Assembly (NCBI RefSeq): GCF_009914755.1
Contig: NC_060945.1
Length of the DNA: 64,000 nt
Source of the DNA: the human T2T-CHM13v2.0 reference genome, Homo sapiens
Direction: 5' to 3' (one strand)
Shown: positions 27,030 through 43,099 of the stretch, piece after piece
Numbering within the stretch: the first letter of the stretch is position 1
Layout of the letters: every line of letters begins with the position of its first letter
The notes under the pieces: model-generated
Database searches by the model: none
What the model was told of the DNA's origin: nothing
What the model saw: the letters and a program-made list of their open reading frames with translations, nothing else
Position numbers and translations under genes: made by a program

Positions 27030-27625
27030 TAGTCTTTGGTGACAGAGACTATGGATTTTCCCTCAGCCTCCACTCCACTCCCTTTCAGCGTGCCTGGATG
27101 TACGATACCGCACTATGATGCAGTACTGCTAAAATCTGCATTTCCCAGGTTCATTTGCAGCTGCTTGTCAAATGTATGCCTCTCTGAGATTTGGAAGATG
27201 GAAGTGCACATCCTGTGGCCAATTCCATGCTTCTGTTGTTTCAGCTGTTTCCCCTGGCAAGCTTGTCTTTAGGGGTGTTTGTTTCTTCTGCAGTAGCTGT
27301 AGTAGAGTTTCCAATGTCCAGTGTTTAGCTTTATAGTGTGGAAAGGCAGTGTGGGAAGCATTCATTTTGCTGGCAGAGGTTGTGGACAAACTGGCATAGT
27401 GGTTGGGGAGCTAGCAGCCTCTTGCTTCTCCAGCCCCCTTATCGTGGTAAAAGCAGTGTCTTCCACGGAGGCTCACTCTAGACTGTTGTTTTGGAAGTTG
27501 TTCCTGGGCACTCTGCTTAGGGCTTATGCCCCCAGAGCTTCCACAAATCTTAAAGCCCCCAGATCTACCCTTGTTAACCTAGCCAGAATGGTTTCCGTGA
27601 TCTGCAGCTGATCCTTAACTAATTC
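27030..27625 (+). mobile_element. LTR33-like ERVL LTR
   Basis: aatctgcatttcccagg...gagatttggaagatggaagtg...cctagccagaatggtttccgtgatctgcagctgatccttaactaat. Confidence 0.65.
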
Positions 27626-28469
27626 ACCTTCAAATGAAAAAATTTTATAAGAAAATTAAGTATCGATTATGGAGGACATGACCTTGTCTTAAACACCTTC
27701 CGGTACCCAGTGCCTAGAACAGTGGTTTGCACTTGGTGTTTAATAAATTTGTTAGGTTTCATTGAATTAATTGAACTCCCTGAACAATTTGTGCTTCTCC
27801 AAATAGTGCCATAGAATATATTTGGCAAACTCCCTAACTCTGATAGTTGTTTTACATGATAAATTGCCGATATTGTTAGTATCTAAAATGCTTTGATCTG
27901 AAATTTTTTTGGAATTTTCAGATCCATGCCATCTGGCTTCACTGACTCATGGAAATTTAATGTCTTAAGTCGTAGTCACCACCTGTTGTTTCTTTTTCTG
28001 TATTTATGCTGGTGAATCATATTTGCTTTCAATGAAAAGTAATTCTTTAGTAAAAATTCCACATTTACTCTGTCAGTAATGATCACTGACTGAGTGATCA
28101 GAGGAACAATTCAGCCTTCACTGGTTCTTAAATACTCCTGTTCCCCCCACTAAGTATATGACTGCACTTTGAGTTCTTTATCTACAACCAGACAGGGTCA
28201 CACTCAACCCTTAGACTATTCTTATAGAAGAATGATTCATAGATTTTACCTGAATTTTGTTTTTATAATCCTTCTTGCATTGTAGTAGCATTCATGTCTG
28301 GTGTTCTATGCCAATATTGCTATTTTTTCCATATATTTTATTTCTTATGAACATTTGTAATCTTAATACTTTCCACGGTATAGTGCCCCCAAAAGATTCC
28401 CTACACACTCCTGTGCAAGAGGCCAATTAGAGGACACATGAGAAGGAGACATAGATCCTTCTCTAGTAC

Positions 28470-28850
28470 CTATCAAAATATGTTTTGTAGCAAGCAGCGG
28501 AAACTCAACTCAAGCTGGATAAAAGATAAGTAGCCTATGTTGGTTGACAGGACTGAGAAGTACTGAGATAGGAAGGCTTCAGGTGTAGTTCAAATAAAGT
28601 TCTTGTTCTATTTCTTTGTGATTTTTTGGCTCTGCTTCTTTTGCATATTAGCTTCACCCTAGGCAGGCTTCCCTGTAGTTGCAGGAGAGATATCTACAAA
28701 AACGTAACAGCTTGTGATGTCCATTGCACAAAATTTCTAAGCCTTGCTCTGATTAGGCTACCCTCTGATAAGGGGGATGATTACATTGAAACATCCTCTT
28801 AAGCTACCCAATGAGGGAGATGTTAATGGATGTGAGGATGGAAACCATGT
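28470..28850 (-). mobile_element. Old MLT1 (J/K-like) LTR
   Basis: gtagcaagcagcggaaactcaactcaagctgg...ggcttcaggtgtagtt motifs. Confidence 0.5.
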
Positions 28851-30462
28851 TATCTCTTCTTCCTGTGATCCAGTTTTGTTGTGGTCAGACCTAGACCCCA
28901 GGAAGACAATTGGGCATGTTCTCCACTATCCTTAAGGGCAGACCAACTCTTAATATATATTGTTGTATCATTTTTACTGTATATACATTTTTCTGTTTCC
29001 TCTGTTAACAATGACAAGCTTGAAGGAAGGTTTCATCTTGTTTGTACTTTTATTATTGATGCACACCAGCTACTACTGGAGTCCCCTCACTGTACATGTG
29101 GAGCCTTTCTCTACATGTCATGATGCTTTAAAAGGTTCTGATTATGTGATGATGCTTTAAAAGGATCATCATAAAATACATTTAGATGTATTTTACATAA
29201 CCCTGACTTGGCTCTTGAGACATATTGAGCCAGAACTAGGCAATTAGTCAATCAGTAAACACATATGAAGTACTCCTGTGTGTGTCAGGCATTTGGTGCA
29301 GGTCAGAGAACATGGCAAGGAGTAGTGTCTCATTAAAATATTTCAAGGCACATATAAATGGATGATGTCATCTCCCAGGTCTGTGTCCCTTCTCCTGTCA
29401 CTGTTGGAATTCTCCTTCCTCTCCTGGGTTTTCTTCCCAGGTTCTCAGTGCTATCGTGTATATTGCCCCATGTCCGTGATCTTCTACCGCTGTGGCTTGC
29501 CAGTGCTAGGAGAGCTCCTTTTTCTGTTCACGCAACCGTGATTGAGTGCCGCTGAGGATCCCACAATGACTGAAGCACACGATTCGCCTTGGGACTTCAC
29601 AGTCTAGTGAAAGGCTTCCACATAAATAGCAATGTGATGAATGCCAGGATAGAAATAAGAATCAGAGATCCAATTCAAGCACTCAGAACAGGGCAGTTAA
29701 GGAAGATTTCTCAGAGACAGCGATGCCTATGAATCTTAAACAAAAACAAAAGCAAAAATGGGAAAATGTCAGCCAGGTGAAATGGCATTGCATGCAGAGG
29801 GAGCAGCGTGGCCAGAGGCCATGTGAGAGAAGCTGGCTGCTAGGGAAGAGTAAGTCCCTCTCCACAGCTGGGTCATTTCATGCGTGTGAAAAGTTGCTGG
29901 GAACAGCCTCATTTTCCATATTCTGATTCAAGCAATGTGGCTACCGTTTTTGGTGACCCTTAAATCATTAGATGACACCAAGATGAACAGTTTTCTTCAT
30001 GAACATAAGAGGAAACTGTAACCAGAAAAGGCCTGGGAGTATCTTTCTGCTCAGCAGGAAAAACAATTCTGTCTCAAGAGCCATCCCTGCAGAAGGGGAA
30101 GTGGGTTAAGGCAACTCCTTGCAGAGAGTGACTTGAGAGGATGAGTAAAACATCTTCCCAGTGGGGTCTCCCTCCCTTTCTATCTGGCCACAAATTCTCA
30201 ATAGTTAACTCACTAACTGACGAGGTCAATAAAAGTGGGACATCCTCTTCTATAGAAAGCCTCGGTGATCATGGTGATCACATAGCCCTGTCTGAAGAGT
30301 ACATTAACTGAGATTAGCTCATTATCTTTGTGATGAACTTCAGAAGAGTTTCCGTTCAGTGGAAAAAAGAGCAGGCAGGGTTGGGAGAGGAGCAGCGAGG
30401 CCTCTAGGAGGAGAAACTCATTGAAATGGTGTCAGTGCTGCTGTCTCTGTGGGGTTGGTTGG

Positions 30463-30906
30463 TGTACTAGTTAGGGTTCTCTAGAGGGACATCCAAAGGG
30501 TGGATTTATAAATAAAAGGGAGTTTATTAAGGAGTACTGACTCACATGACCACAAAGTCCCACAATAGGCCATCTGCAAGCTGAGGAGAAAGGAAGCCAG
30601 TCCGAGTCCCAAACCTGAGGAACTTGGAGTCCAATGTTCTAGGGCAGGAAGCGTCCGGCACTGGAGAAAGATGTAGGGTGGGAAGCTAAGTCAGTTTCAT
30701 CTTTTCATGTTCTTCTGCCCACTTTTATTTCAGCCACTCTGGCAGTTAAATAGATTGTCCCCACCCAGATTGACGGTGGGTCTGCTTTTCCCAGTCCACT
30801 GACTCAAATGTTAATCTCCTTTGGCAACACCCTCACAGACACATCCAGGAACAATACTTTGCATCCTTCAATCCAATCAAGTTGACACTTAATATTAACC
30901 ATCACA
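30463..30906 (-). mobile_element. MLT2A1-type ERVL solo LTR
   Basis: tgtactagttagggttctctagaggg...attaaccatcaca; perfect TSD gttgg (30458-30462 / 30907-30911); lacks the about 100-bp segment present in the 1995-2542 copy. Confidence 0.9.
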
Positions 30907-30959
30907 GTTGGGTTCTGGGGTCCTGACTTGTCTTTCTCCACTTTTAGTTCTTTGCCTTT

Positions 30960-31395
30960 TGTGTTGGCCAAATGATGCTCCACACTGCCCAGTGATGTTC
31001 TAGAACCTGCAAATGTGTTCTTTCACATGGCAAAGGGGACTTTGCAGAGATTTGAAGTTGAGGATCTTCAGATGGGGAGATGATCCTGGATTCTCTGGGT
31101 GAGCCCAATGTAATCACAGGAGTTCTTGTAAGTGAAAGAGGAGGTAGGAGAGTCAGAAGAGGAAATGTGATGACAGAAGCAGGGTTGTGATGCAGCCAGG
31201 ACTCAAGGAATGTGGGCAGCCTCTAGAGGCTGGAAAAACTCCCTTAGAACCTCCAAAGAGGATACAATTCTGCCAACACCTTGACTTTAGCCCCATAAGA
31301 CCCATTTCAGACTTCTTATCTCCAGAACTGTCATATAATAAGCATATGTACCATAAACCAGTAAGTTTGTGGCAATGTGCTACAGCTGCCATACA
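30960..31395 (+). mobile_element. MLT1D-like MaLR LTR
   Basis: catggcaaaggggactttgcaga...gggtgagcccaatgtaatcacagg...gccaacaccttgactttagccc. Confidence 0.85.
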
Positions 31396-32995
31396 CCTCT
31401 CTTTACCTGATGCCCATGACCCGTGAGGTCACCCTTCCCGCACCTACCACCATCCTCCACACCAAGTCTGTTTGGTGTATCTAATTCTGTTGGCTCATTT
31501 TGGAATTGTGTCAAGGTCAAACCCTTAGCAGAGTCACAGTGGAGTTCAAGCCACAGCTCAGGGAAAACAGAGGAAAGGAGGGCCTGCACCGGTCAAGTCT
31601 GAGGCCTGAGGTGCAGCTCCACCAGAGTGTCAGAACACAGAGCAGCACCAAGGAGCAGAAGGAACCAGCTACGAGCAGGAATGGAGGAACCAGGAAGCGG
31701 CATTAGACAGGCATAGCCAGGAATATTTTCAGGCATGACTGAGAGATGTGTGTTTTCGCTGGGTTCCACAACCTGTGGCATACAGTGACTCAGGTATAAA
31801 GATATGACAACCCTGAATACCATCATGTCACAAGAGCTTTAGATAAATGCTTTCAATCAACAGAAAATGCAAAGAATCAAGAAACTTTATGTCCACCAAG
31901 GATACTTGGAGAAAGTCCCTAAGGGACAAGCTTCAGTCCAGTGATTTTAGACTCTATTCTCTGAACACAAGAGTATTGGTGAATTATGTTCTCAGCTCTC
32001 CTCGCTGTTGTATGTGTGCACTCACTGCAAGTAACTTACATCATTTTATTTGAATGTATTTTAAAGCAGTAGGTAGAATAGCAAAGGAATATGAAAACCA
32101 TGAAATGAATGGACATTTTATGTATTCAGAGAGAGGAGCACCCACCACTGCCAGAAATACCATGTAAAAATTGGCAATTCGGAGGGTGCAGTATTTAGTA
32201 TAGTAAATAAATAAATGACCAACATTGTGTAAACATGACCAAAAAGTGTATTGTAATGAATCGAAAATCAACAAAATTTTATTCACTAATGAATATCAAC
32301 AAAATAAGTTCAACTGATGGGAATAAAAGATGAGAGCTCTCAAGAAATGAGAGCTTAAAGAAACAACAATTATATTTTCATATTTACACTTTTATTTCAT
32401 TTAAACAGTTGATGAAGGCTCACATTGTACCCAAAAATGTCCATTAAAATTAACCTTACAAACTTTATTTCCCATTTGAAAGTGACACAGAACTAACCTC
32501 TATGAAAGATTAGCTAACATGGCTTAAATTATTCCCATAAACACTATAAAGAAGGGGTTTCTTTGGCTTTAAAAAAATTTTTGATTTTTAAAAAATCTTG
32601 AAAGGCATACAATTATATTTAGTTTTTAAAGAACATTCATCTTCATAACTCCTCACTACCAATTTAAGAAGTAGCTCAGGGAAAACACTATTACCATGTT
32701 TTTCAGATGGGCCTAGAGAAGTTAAGTGACTTGCTTGAAGGCAAAAAATTGTAGGATAAATTTAAATTGTAACAGATATTATTACCTCATTAAATCCTCA
32801 CAGCATGAGATGAAGCAAATCAACAGTATATATATATACTTGTTCATTTTAATATTCAGGAAATGAAAGCCAAATTGGTAAAGCAACCCGGCTAGCAAAA
32901 TGCAGCAACATAGAAGATTTTATGACTCATTGCCTTTTTCATTCATAAGTACCTAAGATGTCAAGATTTTTCTTCCCTTTAAAGAAACAGTTTGT

Positions 32996-33399
<404 letters not shown>

Positions 33400-33787
33400 T
33401 CAGCTGGGAGGCCCTCAATCTCCAGGGAGACAGATTCTGGGATAATGCCTGGAAAAACCTTCTTCTGAATCAACTGCAGTGTCCCTTCTTCAAGCCTGGA
33501 TTCAAAGTCTCTGCAGATGGCAGCAGTTCTGCTCCTGAATTCCTTCAGAACACAGTCAAGCAAGGAGGCAGGTCAGAGAAAGGCCTGAGGTGACCTGCAG
33601 GCCTGGGGCTTTGTGTCAAAAATCAGGAGCTGGAAGCCGAAGATCCCATTCTGTGATAGGGATCATTCCTTGGGTTTACACAGGTCACATTAACAAAAAA
33701 TAATCCATTCAGGAAACCAAGTGTTCTTCAGGTCAGCCTACTATATATCCATGAGAGAAAATGGATGTGTCCTCTAGGGCTCCACCT

Positions 33788-34020
33788 CAGCAGTTTCCAA
33801 AGTGCATTCCTTGGAACACTAGTCCTCTCAGGTAGCCTATGAAAGAAAATCCTGTGATAAAATGAGTTACAAAATGCTTCCACTATTACCTCACCTTGGA
33901 GATTCTAAAATGTACATGAACATGTTAAACGCTTTGTTTACACAAAATCTCTACCAAGGGCGGGTTTCATTATGGAAACTTTCCTCCCCTATAAAACCAA
34001 ATATAAATGTGGGACACTGC
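33788..34020. mobile_element. hAT-Charlie MITE (MER103-like)
   Basis: cagcagtttccaaagtgcattccttggaacactagt ... tgggacactgc ends. Confidence 0.5.
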
Positions 34021-35389
34021 ATGTTAATTCATTGTTAGGACAGTTTCCCCCTAAAACTTTGTAGTGGGACTTTAGAAGAAAGATGATAGAGCATAAAGAA
34101 GGAAAGGCAAGATTCTTGCCATTCTAACGCTGCCTAAGAGTGGAAATCATAACACATCTTCGGGTATTGCGTTGTCAATCTGTAATAGGTGTAATACCTG
34201 CCACAACTCACTGTTTTGAGGATTTGCAGTTATAATTAAGCTTTACTGAAGCGGTAGAAAACAAAACAAAAACAATCAAAACCTCCTGAGCCACTTAGAT
34301 GGAGAGTGAGACAAGATTATTTTTCAGAAATGACTTTAGCAAATGGTGTCTAATACTTTGCACATTTAAAAGATCACGTTATAGTAGTATTCATGTTTTC
34401 TTCAAATCTTAGGTGGAGTTCAAGAGTTTTAATCCCTTATATTAGATTATATGAGATATTATGTTATTATTATTATTATATTAATCCCATACAATATTTA
34501 GAGAGACAACAAGCATTTTGTAATAGCTTAAAAAAAAAGACCACTGAAGGTTGAGTGATGTGGAAACCATGAGAATATAGAGAGTTTATTTTCTCACAGC
34601 CTACATACATTGAGTTACTTTTCAAAGGCTGGTCTCATGAGAGAGGTAAAAATGTATTTGCCTAACTGCTATATATAGGATAACATGGAAAATATATTTC
34701 TGAGGATACTGAGCTGCCTGCCAAAGATTGTCTTCACATGTCTACTGACAATTAATCAAATTAGCTAGCTTAAAAACAAGTAGTTTAGAATAGCAAGCAA
34801 TTCAGTAAGAGTATACTGACAATTTATATCTTTTGATATTTTCCTTCCATCTCATTTGCTGATGGTTGAGGGAAGCAGGAAATGTGAAGAAAGCTTGTGC
34901 ATGCTTTATTGTTTCTGAAATAACTACTTTATTCACTAGATATTTTAACATCCATTCTGAATTATCCTCCAAGTTATTATTAATACTTTGTGGAATTAAT
35001 AGTAAGACCATCAGTATCTTGTATTGTGTTAAAGTACTTAAATCTGTTAAGACAGACCTAGAAAGTTTGAGGGTAGTAGATTTTCAGGCCTAAATAATTA
35101 AAAAAATATATAGAACATATGAATTAGAGCTGTTATGGTCAAATTCTAATGCCTCCCAATTGTTTACAGAATGAGATGAGAACTCTTTGCTTTTGTGTTT
35201 AAGACTCACCACAATCTGCTTTCTCTCTGATTCCAAGTTTAGTTTCCACGGCTATGCAGCATCTTGTCTTACAGCAGCCAGTATCCCTCAGGCATACTTA
35301 CGTTCCTCCTGTCACCACTTCCGTGCCATGCCTCGTTTCTCCAAACTCACCTCTAACTCTCTGAAACCTGTGACTATTACTGGGGGGTA

Positions 35390-35745
35390 AAACATTTGCC
35401 CCAGGTCACCTAGCAAGGAATGGGGAAAGCCACAATTCACAACAAGGCACTTGGCTTCTGAAGCCTACAGTTTGAACCACTCCATTGAATTTATAGAACA
35501 CCGAAAGCATGGTATTGACAGGGCTGGACTTGAATCCTGGCTCTGTGGTTCCCAGCCAGGTGACTATGAGCTATATATTTGACTTCTATAATCCATAAAA
35601 TGTTTTTTTATCTGTAAAGTTAAAATAATAATAGATTTTCCTTCATAGATTTCTGTAAAGATTAAATAAGGTGATCCCTGTAAAGTACTTGGTTCAGTGC
35701 CTGCTCTATAATGAGGACCCAATAAATGTCAGATGCTATTTTCAC
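35390..35745. mobile_element. Two adjacent MIR fragments
   Basis: ttgccccaggtcacctagc...; ttgaatcctggctctg...atctgtaaagtt...taaagtacttggttcagtgcctg. Confidence 0.7.
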
Positions 35746-37099
35746 AACTTTATACTGTAAGATAAATGTGCATGTATATACATGTATATATGTATATGTG
35801 TATGTATATTTATATTCCCCCCCCAGACTGAATTGGTTGAATTTTCAAAGTGGGGAAATAGCCTGACTTGTTTTGCTAAATCCTCTTAGAGCATCAAAAC
35901 CATTTCTTGAAATTGATAGGTGCTAAATATATATTTTGATGATTAATTGGTATTTATCTTTTATTCTTTGCTTTAAAATTGTCCAGTTGCTTATTAAGAG
36001 CACGACTATTAATGATTTATGCAATATGATAGGCGCACATTCTGTTAGAATGATCACTTCTCAATAATTTAAACATTTTAAATGATCCTTTGATACTTTG
36101 TTAACATTCAGTAAATATTTGTAGATATTTCTTTCTTTGACAAATAGGATAGCTAACAGTATTTATGTTTTCAATCTTCAGTCTCTTTTTTTATGCCATA
36201 GGAAATGTTTTGCTAGTGTTTTATCATAGCTGGGTTAGTATGGGGAATGAATTTAGTATTCACATGGATAGATAACACATGTGCTTTTCTAGGTGTTTCA
36301 CTATCATTTAGCTTTAGCTAATAAGCACTTAAAGTCTTGTTGATTTTTCCCCAAAGACCCTTAGTCATCTATAACATTCTTGAATAATTGAGCTTTAAGT
36401 GGATGTTAATAGGGTTGATTATTTCAGAAATATACAGAAATGTCTTTACAAGATTAAATTTGAAATTTGTATTACCCCTAAGATACCAAGTTTTGAAATT
36501 CCCTTCTCAAAAACTGAAAGTTAAATAATACATGAAATAGAATGACTTGGGTTTTTGTTATTAGAATTTATATAGATAAGTTCTATTTTGTAAAAATATT
36601 CACCCTCATTGTAGAGCCCCTCTTAAAACAACAACAAAGGCAACAGCACCTGGATCCTAAAAATCGCTGCCAGTATAAATAAAATGCATCCGTAAGACTT
36701 TTCAAGAAGGCTTATTTTTAGGATATTCTCATTTCAAAGTCAACTGTTACTCTATGCTCTAAAGCTGTTTCCCTTATTTTAGATTAGCATATACCTGTTG
36801 ACATCAATTAGTCATCTAAGAATTGGCTGACAATCATTTGGAAAATATCATCGTTCACACATTCAACACTTACAGAACCTAAGTCCATATTTTTGGCAGT
36901 GGCAACTGGATTTGGATAGAGAGGGATTGGAGTCTTTCCCCACCATTATCCTCGCTGCTTTGGAGGTAGTTTCAATAGAACGTGAGTGAATAGTGGGGGC
37001 AAAAGAAGGCAGGATAACATTTACAACTATTTTCTACTCATTCATAAGAAATATCCTTTTCTTTTCTTTGTTTTAGAAGAAATGGCCCACCATGCTCCA

Positions 37100-37335
37100 A
37101 GAGCAAAATATCAATAACCTCATATTTGTCATCTCTTATATCATCTTTTCTAATACCCACAGCAACCCTGTGAATTTAGTAAGTTATTATTATCCTCATT
37201 TTACAGATAAGGAAACTACAATTAAAATAAGTTAATTAACTTATGAAGATGACACATGATTAAATGAAAGAACTGAGACTTCTTTAATAGAGGTCTTTGC
37301 CTTTAAGAGCGATGCATTTACTACTCTGCATATTG
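37100..37335. mobile_element. MIR
   Basis: cacagcaaccctgtga...attatcctcattttacagataaggaaact. Confidence 0.75.
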
Positions 37336-38096
37336 CCTGAGCTATTCCACAGAAAGTGGAAAATAAAATCATTGGCAAGTTAATGGATACATCTTTAATG
37401 GTATTCATAATTGTAATTGTGCTACATGATAATAATGGCATAGCAGACAAGCAGTGCACATAAATGGCTGAAATTAGCATGACTTTGAAGCATAGCCATA
37501 CTTAGTATTTCTGACATCTGGGATGAAGAGGAAAAGAGGACAGGGCAGAGTAGGAAGCTGCTAAGAATTCTTTCTAGATCTGTCACTCACAGTCTGCTTT
37601 TGGGTAACTGAAAACTTCATTTTATTTCCCCCCCTTCCTATCAAACTAGTTGAGAATTAGGTCTATGTACTACAGTATAAGATGGGCTGTGGGCTCAGGT
37701 CAAATCTACTGTTCTCTTAGAACAGGTTAGTTTCATCAGAGAGCAGTTGCCTCCACCCAACACACAGATATTAGCTAGGGATGTTTCCTTTTTGTACTTT
37801 AGTGGTGTTTTTCTCTTAATCCTGAAAGAGAGAGGTGATATGCAGTTTGTAGAGAACAAAGCAACCACAGCAGTTACTAGGTACAATCTAGAAGCAGTTT
37901 GCTTTGACAACACTCATCTCAATATCTGTGCTTCCACCTCCCCACCCAAGTTCTTCTTGGTTATCCTTTTCTAGACCTCTTAGTGAGAACTAGAGTCCTC
38001 TTCTTGTTCTAAGCCCTAACCTGAAGCATTCCCAAATTCTTCTAATTCTCAAATTATTTTAACCTCAAAGAAAACTTTTAATCCTTTAATATAGAC

Positions 38097-38323
38097 CAAG
38101 ATTCAGCAAACTCTTTTGGTAAAGAGCCAGATAGTAAATATTTTTGCTCTGAGGGCCAGATGGTCTCATTCCCCACTACTGATCTATGCCATTTGTACTG
38201 TGAAAGCAGCCACAGCGATATATAAACAAATGAGCATAGCAGTGTTTCAATAAAACTTTATTTACAAAAATAGATAGAGTTCAGGCTGGATTTGGCCCAA
38301 AACTCATAGTTTGATGACCCCCG
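38097..38323. mobile_element. MER58A hAT-Charlie MITE
   Basis: gtaaagagccagatagtaaatattt...caataaaactttatttacaaaaa...ggatttggccc; TSD atatagac / atgtagac. Confidence 0.9.
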
Positions 38324-38874
38324 ATGTAGACCATCTCTCTCATTATATACTATGCTCTGGCATTAAATTCGAAAAAGGAGAAAGGTAAAACTGGCATTGG
38401 TCCTGATTCGGTCAGTCAGTAGTGAAATATCAAAGCACTTACAATTGGCTAAGGTTTGTACTCCCTGCTGCAGATTTAGGGATTAACTTAGACTGGGATT
38501 TTTGATTCCTGCTACTTCCCCTTCTTCTCTCCAGCAGAAAAAGAGCAGGACTATATAGGCACAGGATAATCCAAATTAGTGTTTCACTTATTTTGCAACT
38601 GAATCCATACTCTACCAAGAAAGCCCTTAGTAAACTTTCAACCTGGGCAAAGTTTACCTATCTACCTTCTCTTCTGAATCTTGTCTTGTGCCTTATCTCT
38701 CATTCTCATGAAAATTGGTGCGCTCATTCTATTTGCTGGGGGTCTTCCTTCATCTCCTCCATATTCCACACTCTTCCTCTTCCACTCCTTATCCTCTTCA
38801 CAGAATATCTTCTCACTCTATTCAACACCAACACAATACCCTCAGAGGCTTGAAATTTACAAATTACACTTCTT

Positions 38875-41073
<2,199 letters not shown>

Positions 41074-42154
41074 TTAAGCTGAATCCTGAATAAAGAGGGC
41101 CTCCCGTAGTTTTCTCAGTTTGCTGTAAGAAGAATGAAAAGAAAGCAGAGGTGTTTATTATGGGAGGTACTGGCAGCTCAAGGCGTACCTTGCTGTACCA
41201 GTTAAAACAGAACGTGTGTGACAGATGAATTTAGGCCAGTGCACACCATTCTGAGAAGTATGCCCCAATATTGGAAAGTAGAATTAAATATTTAAATATG
41301 TCAAAATGAAAATTTGCATTATCTCCACCCCCTTCTCATTGCTTCTCTCCTGATTTTCCAAGGATGGTTTTTGTTAGAATATCTAGGTAGTGAACTTTGA
41401 CTCAATTGTAAATCCAAATGCCTACAAGACTAGAGTCTAGGTAGTAGGCAATTGATGACTGGGTATTTTAAATGAGAAATAAAAACTTGCGTGAGTATTT
41501 GTGAATAGAGAAGTATACCAAGCAGTTTTTGTTGGCAGAAAATGGGGATAAGATTCTATACTAATCTGAAGAGAGAATTCAATGGTTATGTTGTAAAAGG
41601 ACAGAGGATAATGATGTATATAAAACAAGGAAGGAAGTCTATAAAATTCAATCAACTTCTATAAGCTAGTTTGGTACAAAAAAAAAAAAAACTGGGGAAG
41701 CTTGAACCAGCTCTGCATTCAGCAAACATAATGGATCTTGGCTGTCAGCCTACTCTGGTGCATTTATTTTCTCTAGGGAGTTGTTTTTATAGTGCAAGAA
41801 ACTGGTCTAAAAGGAGTTGGGGTTACTTGAGAATTGATGATTTACTATTTAGTCCTGGAAAAGCTGTAATGGCTTGGAAGTCTAATCTGCACCTGGTTTC
41901 ACATCAACGGATTCATCTCTCTTGCTTGATAAACATGTTCATTGGACAACAATGAAACAACTGGGGTAATTATGATGTGAGCTGACACTGCCGGTATAAA
42001 GGCAGCTTATGGTTGGACCCAGCCCAGCAAAAGCAAGATGAAGACTGCATTGAAAATTGAAAGTAGAAATTCATCAAAATTTCTCCAGAGATGAATGGGC
42101 TCTCATCTCTACTCCTTTCTAATAGCTTCCTCATCTTTCCTCTCTCCATGAACT

Positions 42155-42600
42155 AAGGGCTACTAACCATTTTTGTGCTATGACTGCCCTTGGCTTTTTG
42201 ATGAAATCTATGAAACCCTTCTCAGAAAATGCTTTCAACGAACACAATACATTCTGTAGAATTATAAAAGGAAAACAAAATATATCAAAATACAATTATA
42301 AAATAAAAATTTTATGATGTGTTCATTTACATGCTCCTTTGCAACATAATAAATAAAAAGATCTCAGCGGTATGTCTAATAACCATTATAATTTCAAAGT
42401 GGGGATGGGTTTAAATAGTATTTTGAAGGTTGTTACAGAAAATATCTGTAATTTCTACTGGAAGTAAAATAATTGGTATTGACAGTAGTCCTGTAGTTTT
42501 ATCTAGATTCATAATGTAGTAGGTGGTTGGCCAAAAGTAATTATTTTTCCCTCCCAAGTTCATGGGCCCTCTGAATTCTGTCCCAGATCAGGAATACCTG
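42155..42600. mobile_element. hAT-Charlie element (MER119-like)
   Basis: aaccatttttgtgctatgac...gaaatctatgaaacccttctcagaa...ccaagttcatgggccctctgaattctgtcc. Confidence 0.6.
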
Positions 42601-43099
42601 GGCTCAGCTTAAGAAGTGCTGCTATTTGCTATCTTCCATTTTTATCCTTGTACAAATTGGGAATCGGAGGTCCAGATTAACAGCTACACAGTCTCAGATC
42701 TAGAGCTCCCAGCTACATATCTAATTGTCCCAATGCCAAATCCCCAGGAGAGTCAATCCGATGGGCCAAGGGCCAGATATCCATTCCGATGCCAAAAAGC
42801 AATAGAAGGGTAGATAGAAAAGATCCTGTAAGACAAACATGTCTTCAACCCACTATCTTGGGAACATAAAGAGAGATTTTTCAAAGAAAGTGTACGTGTA
42901 AGGCAGATACCTCAAAAGGAGCCTTTTATAAGTACAGGTGTGGGACCCCTAACAGCAGCTGGAAAATTCCTTAGCAGAGCCTTACAGATACAATGAGGGA
43001 GTTCTTCTCATGGTGAAAAGCTATCACTATTCATTGGGAAGAAAAGTTATCTGTGCACAAATAAAAGTCTAGGCTGTTAGGTGTTTTACAAGTCCAATA

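Noticed and set aside
29146-29206. C/D box snoRNA (GTGATGA ... CTGA)
   Set aside because: No terminal stem flanking the boxes, the C box is sequestered in a palindrome, and I recognise no rRNA or snRNA antisense element
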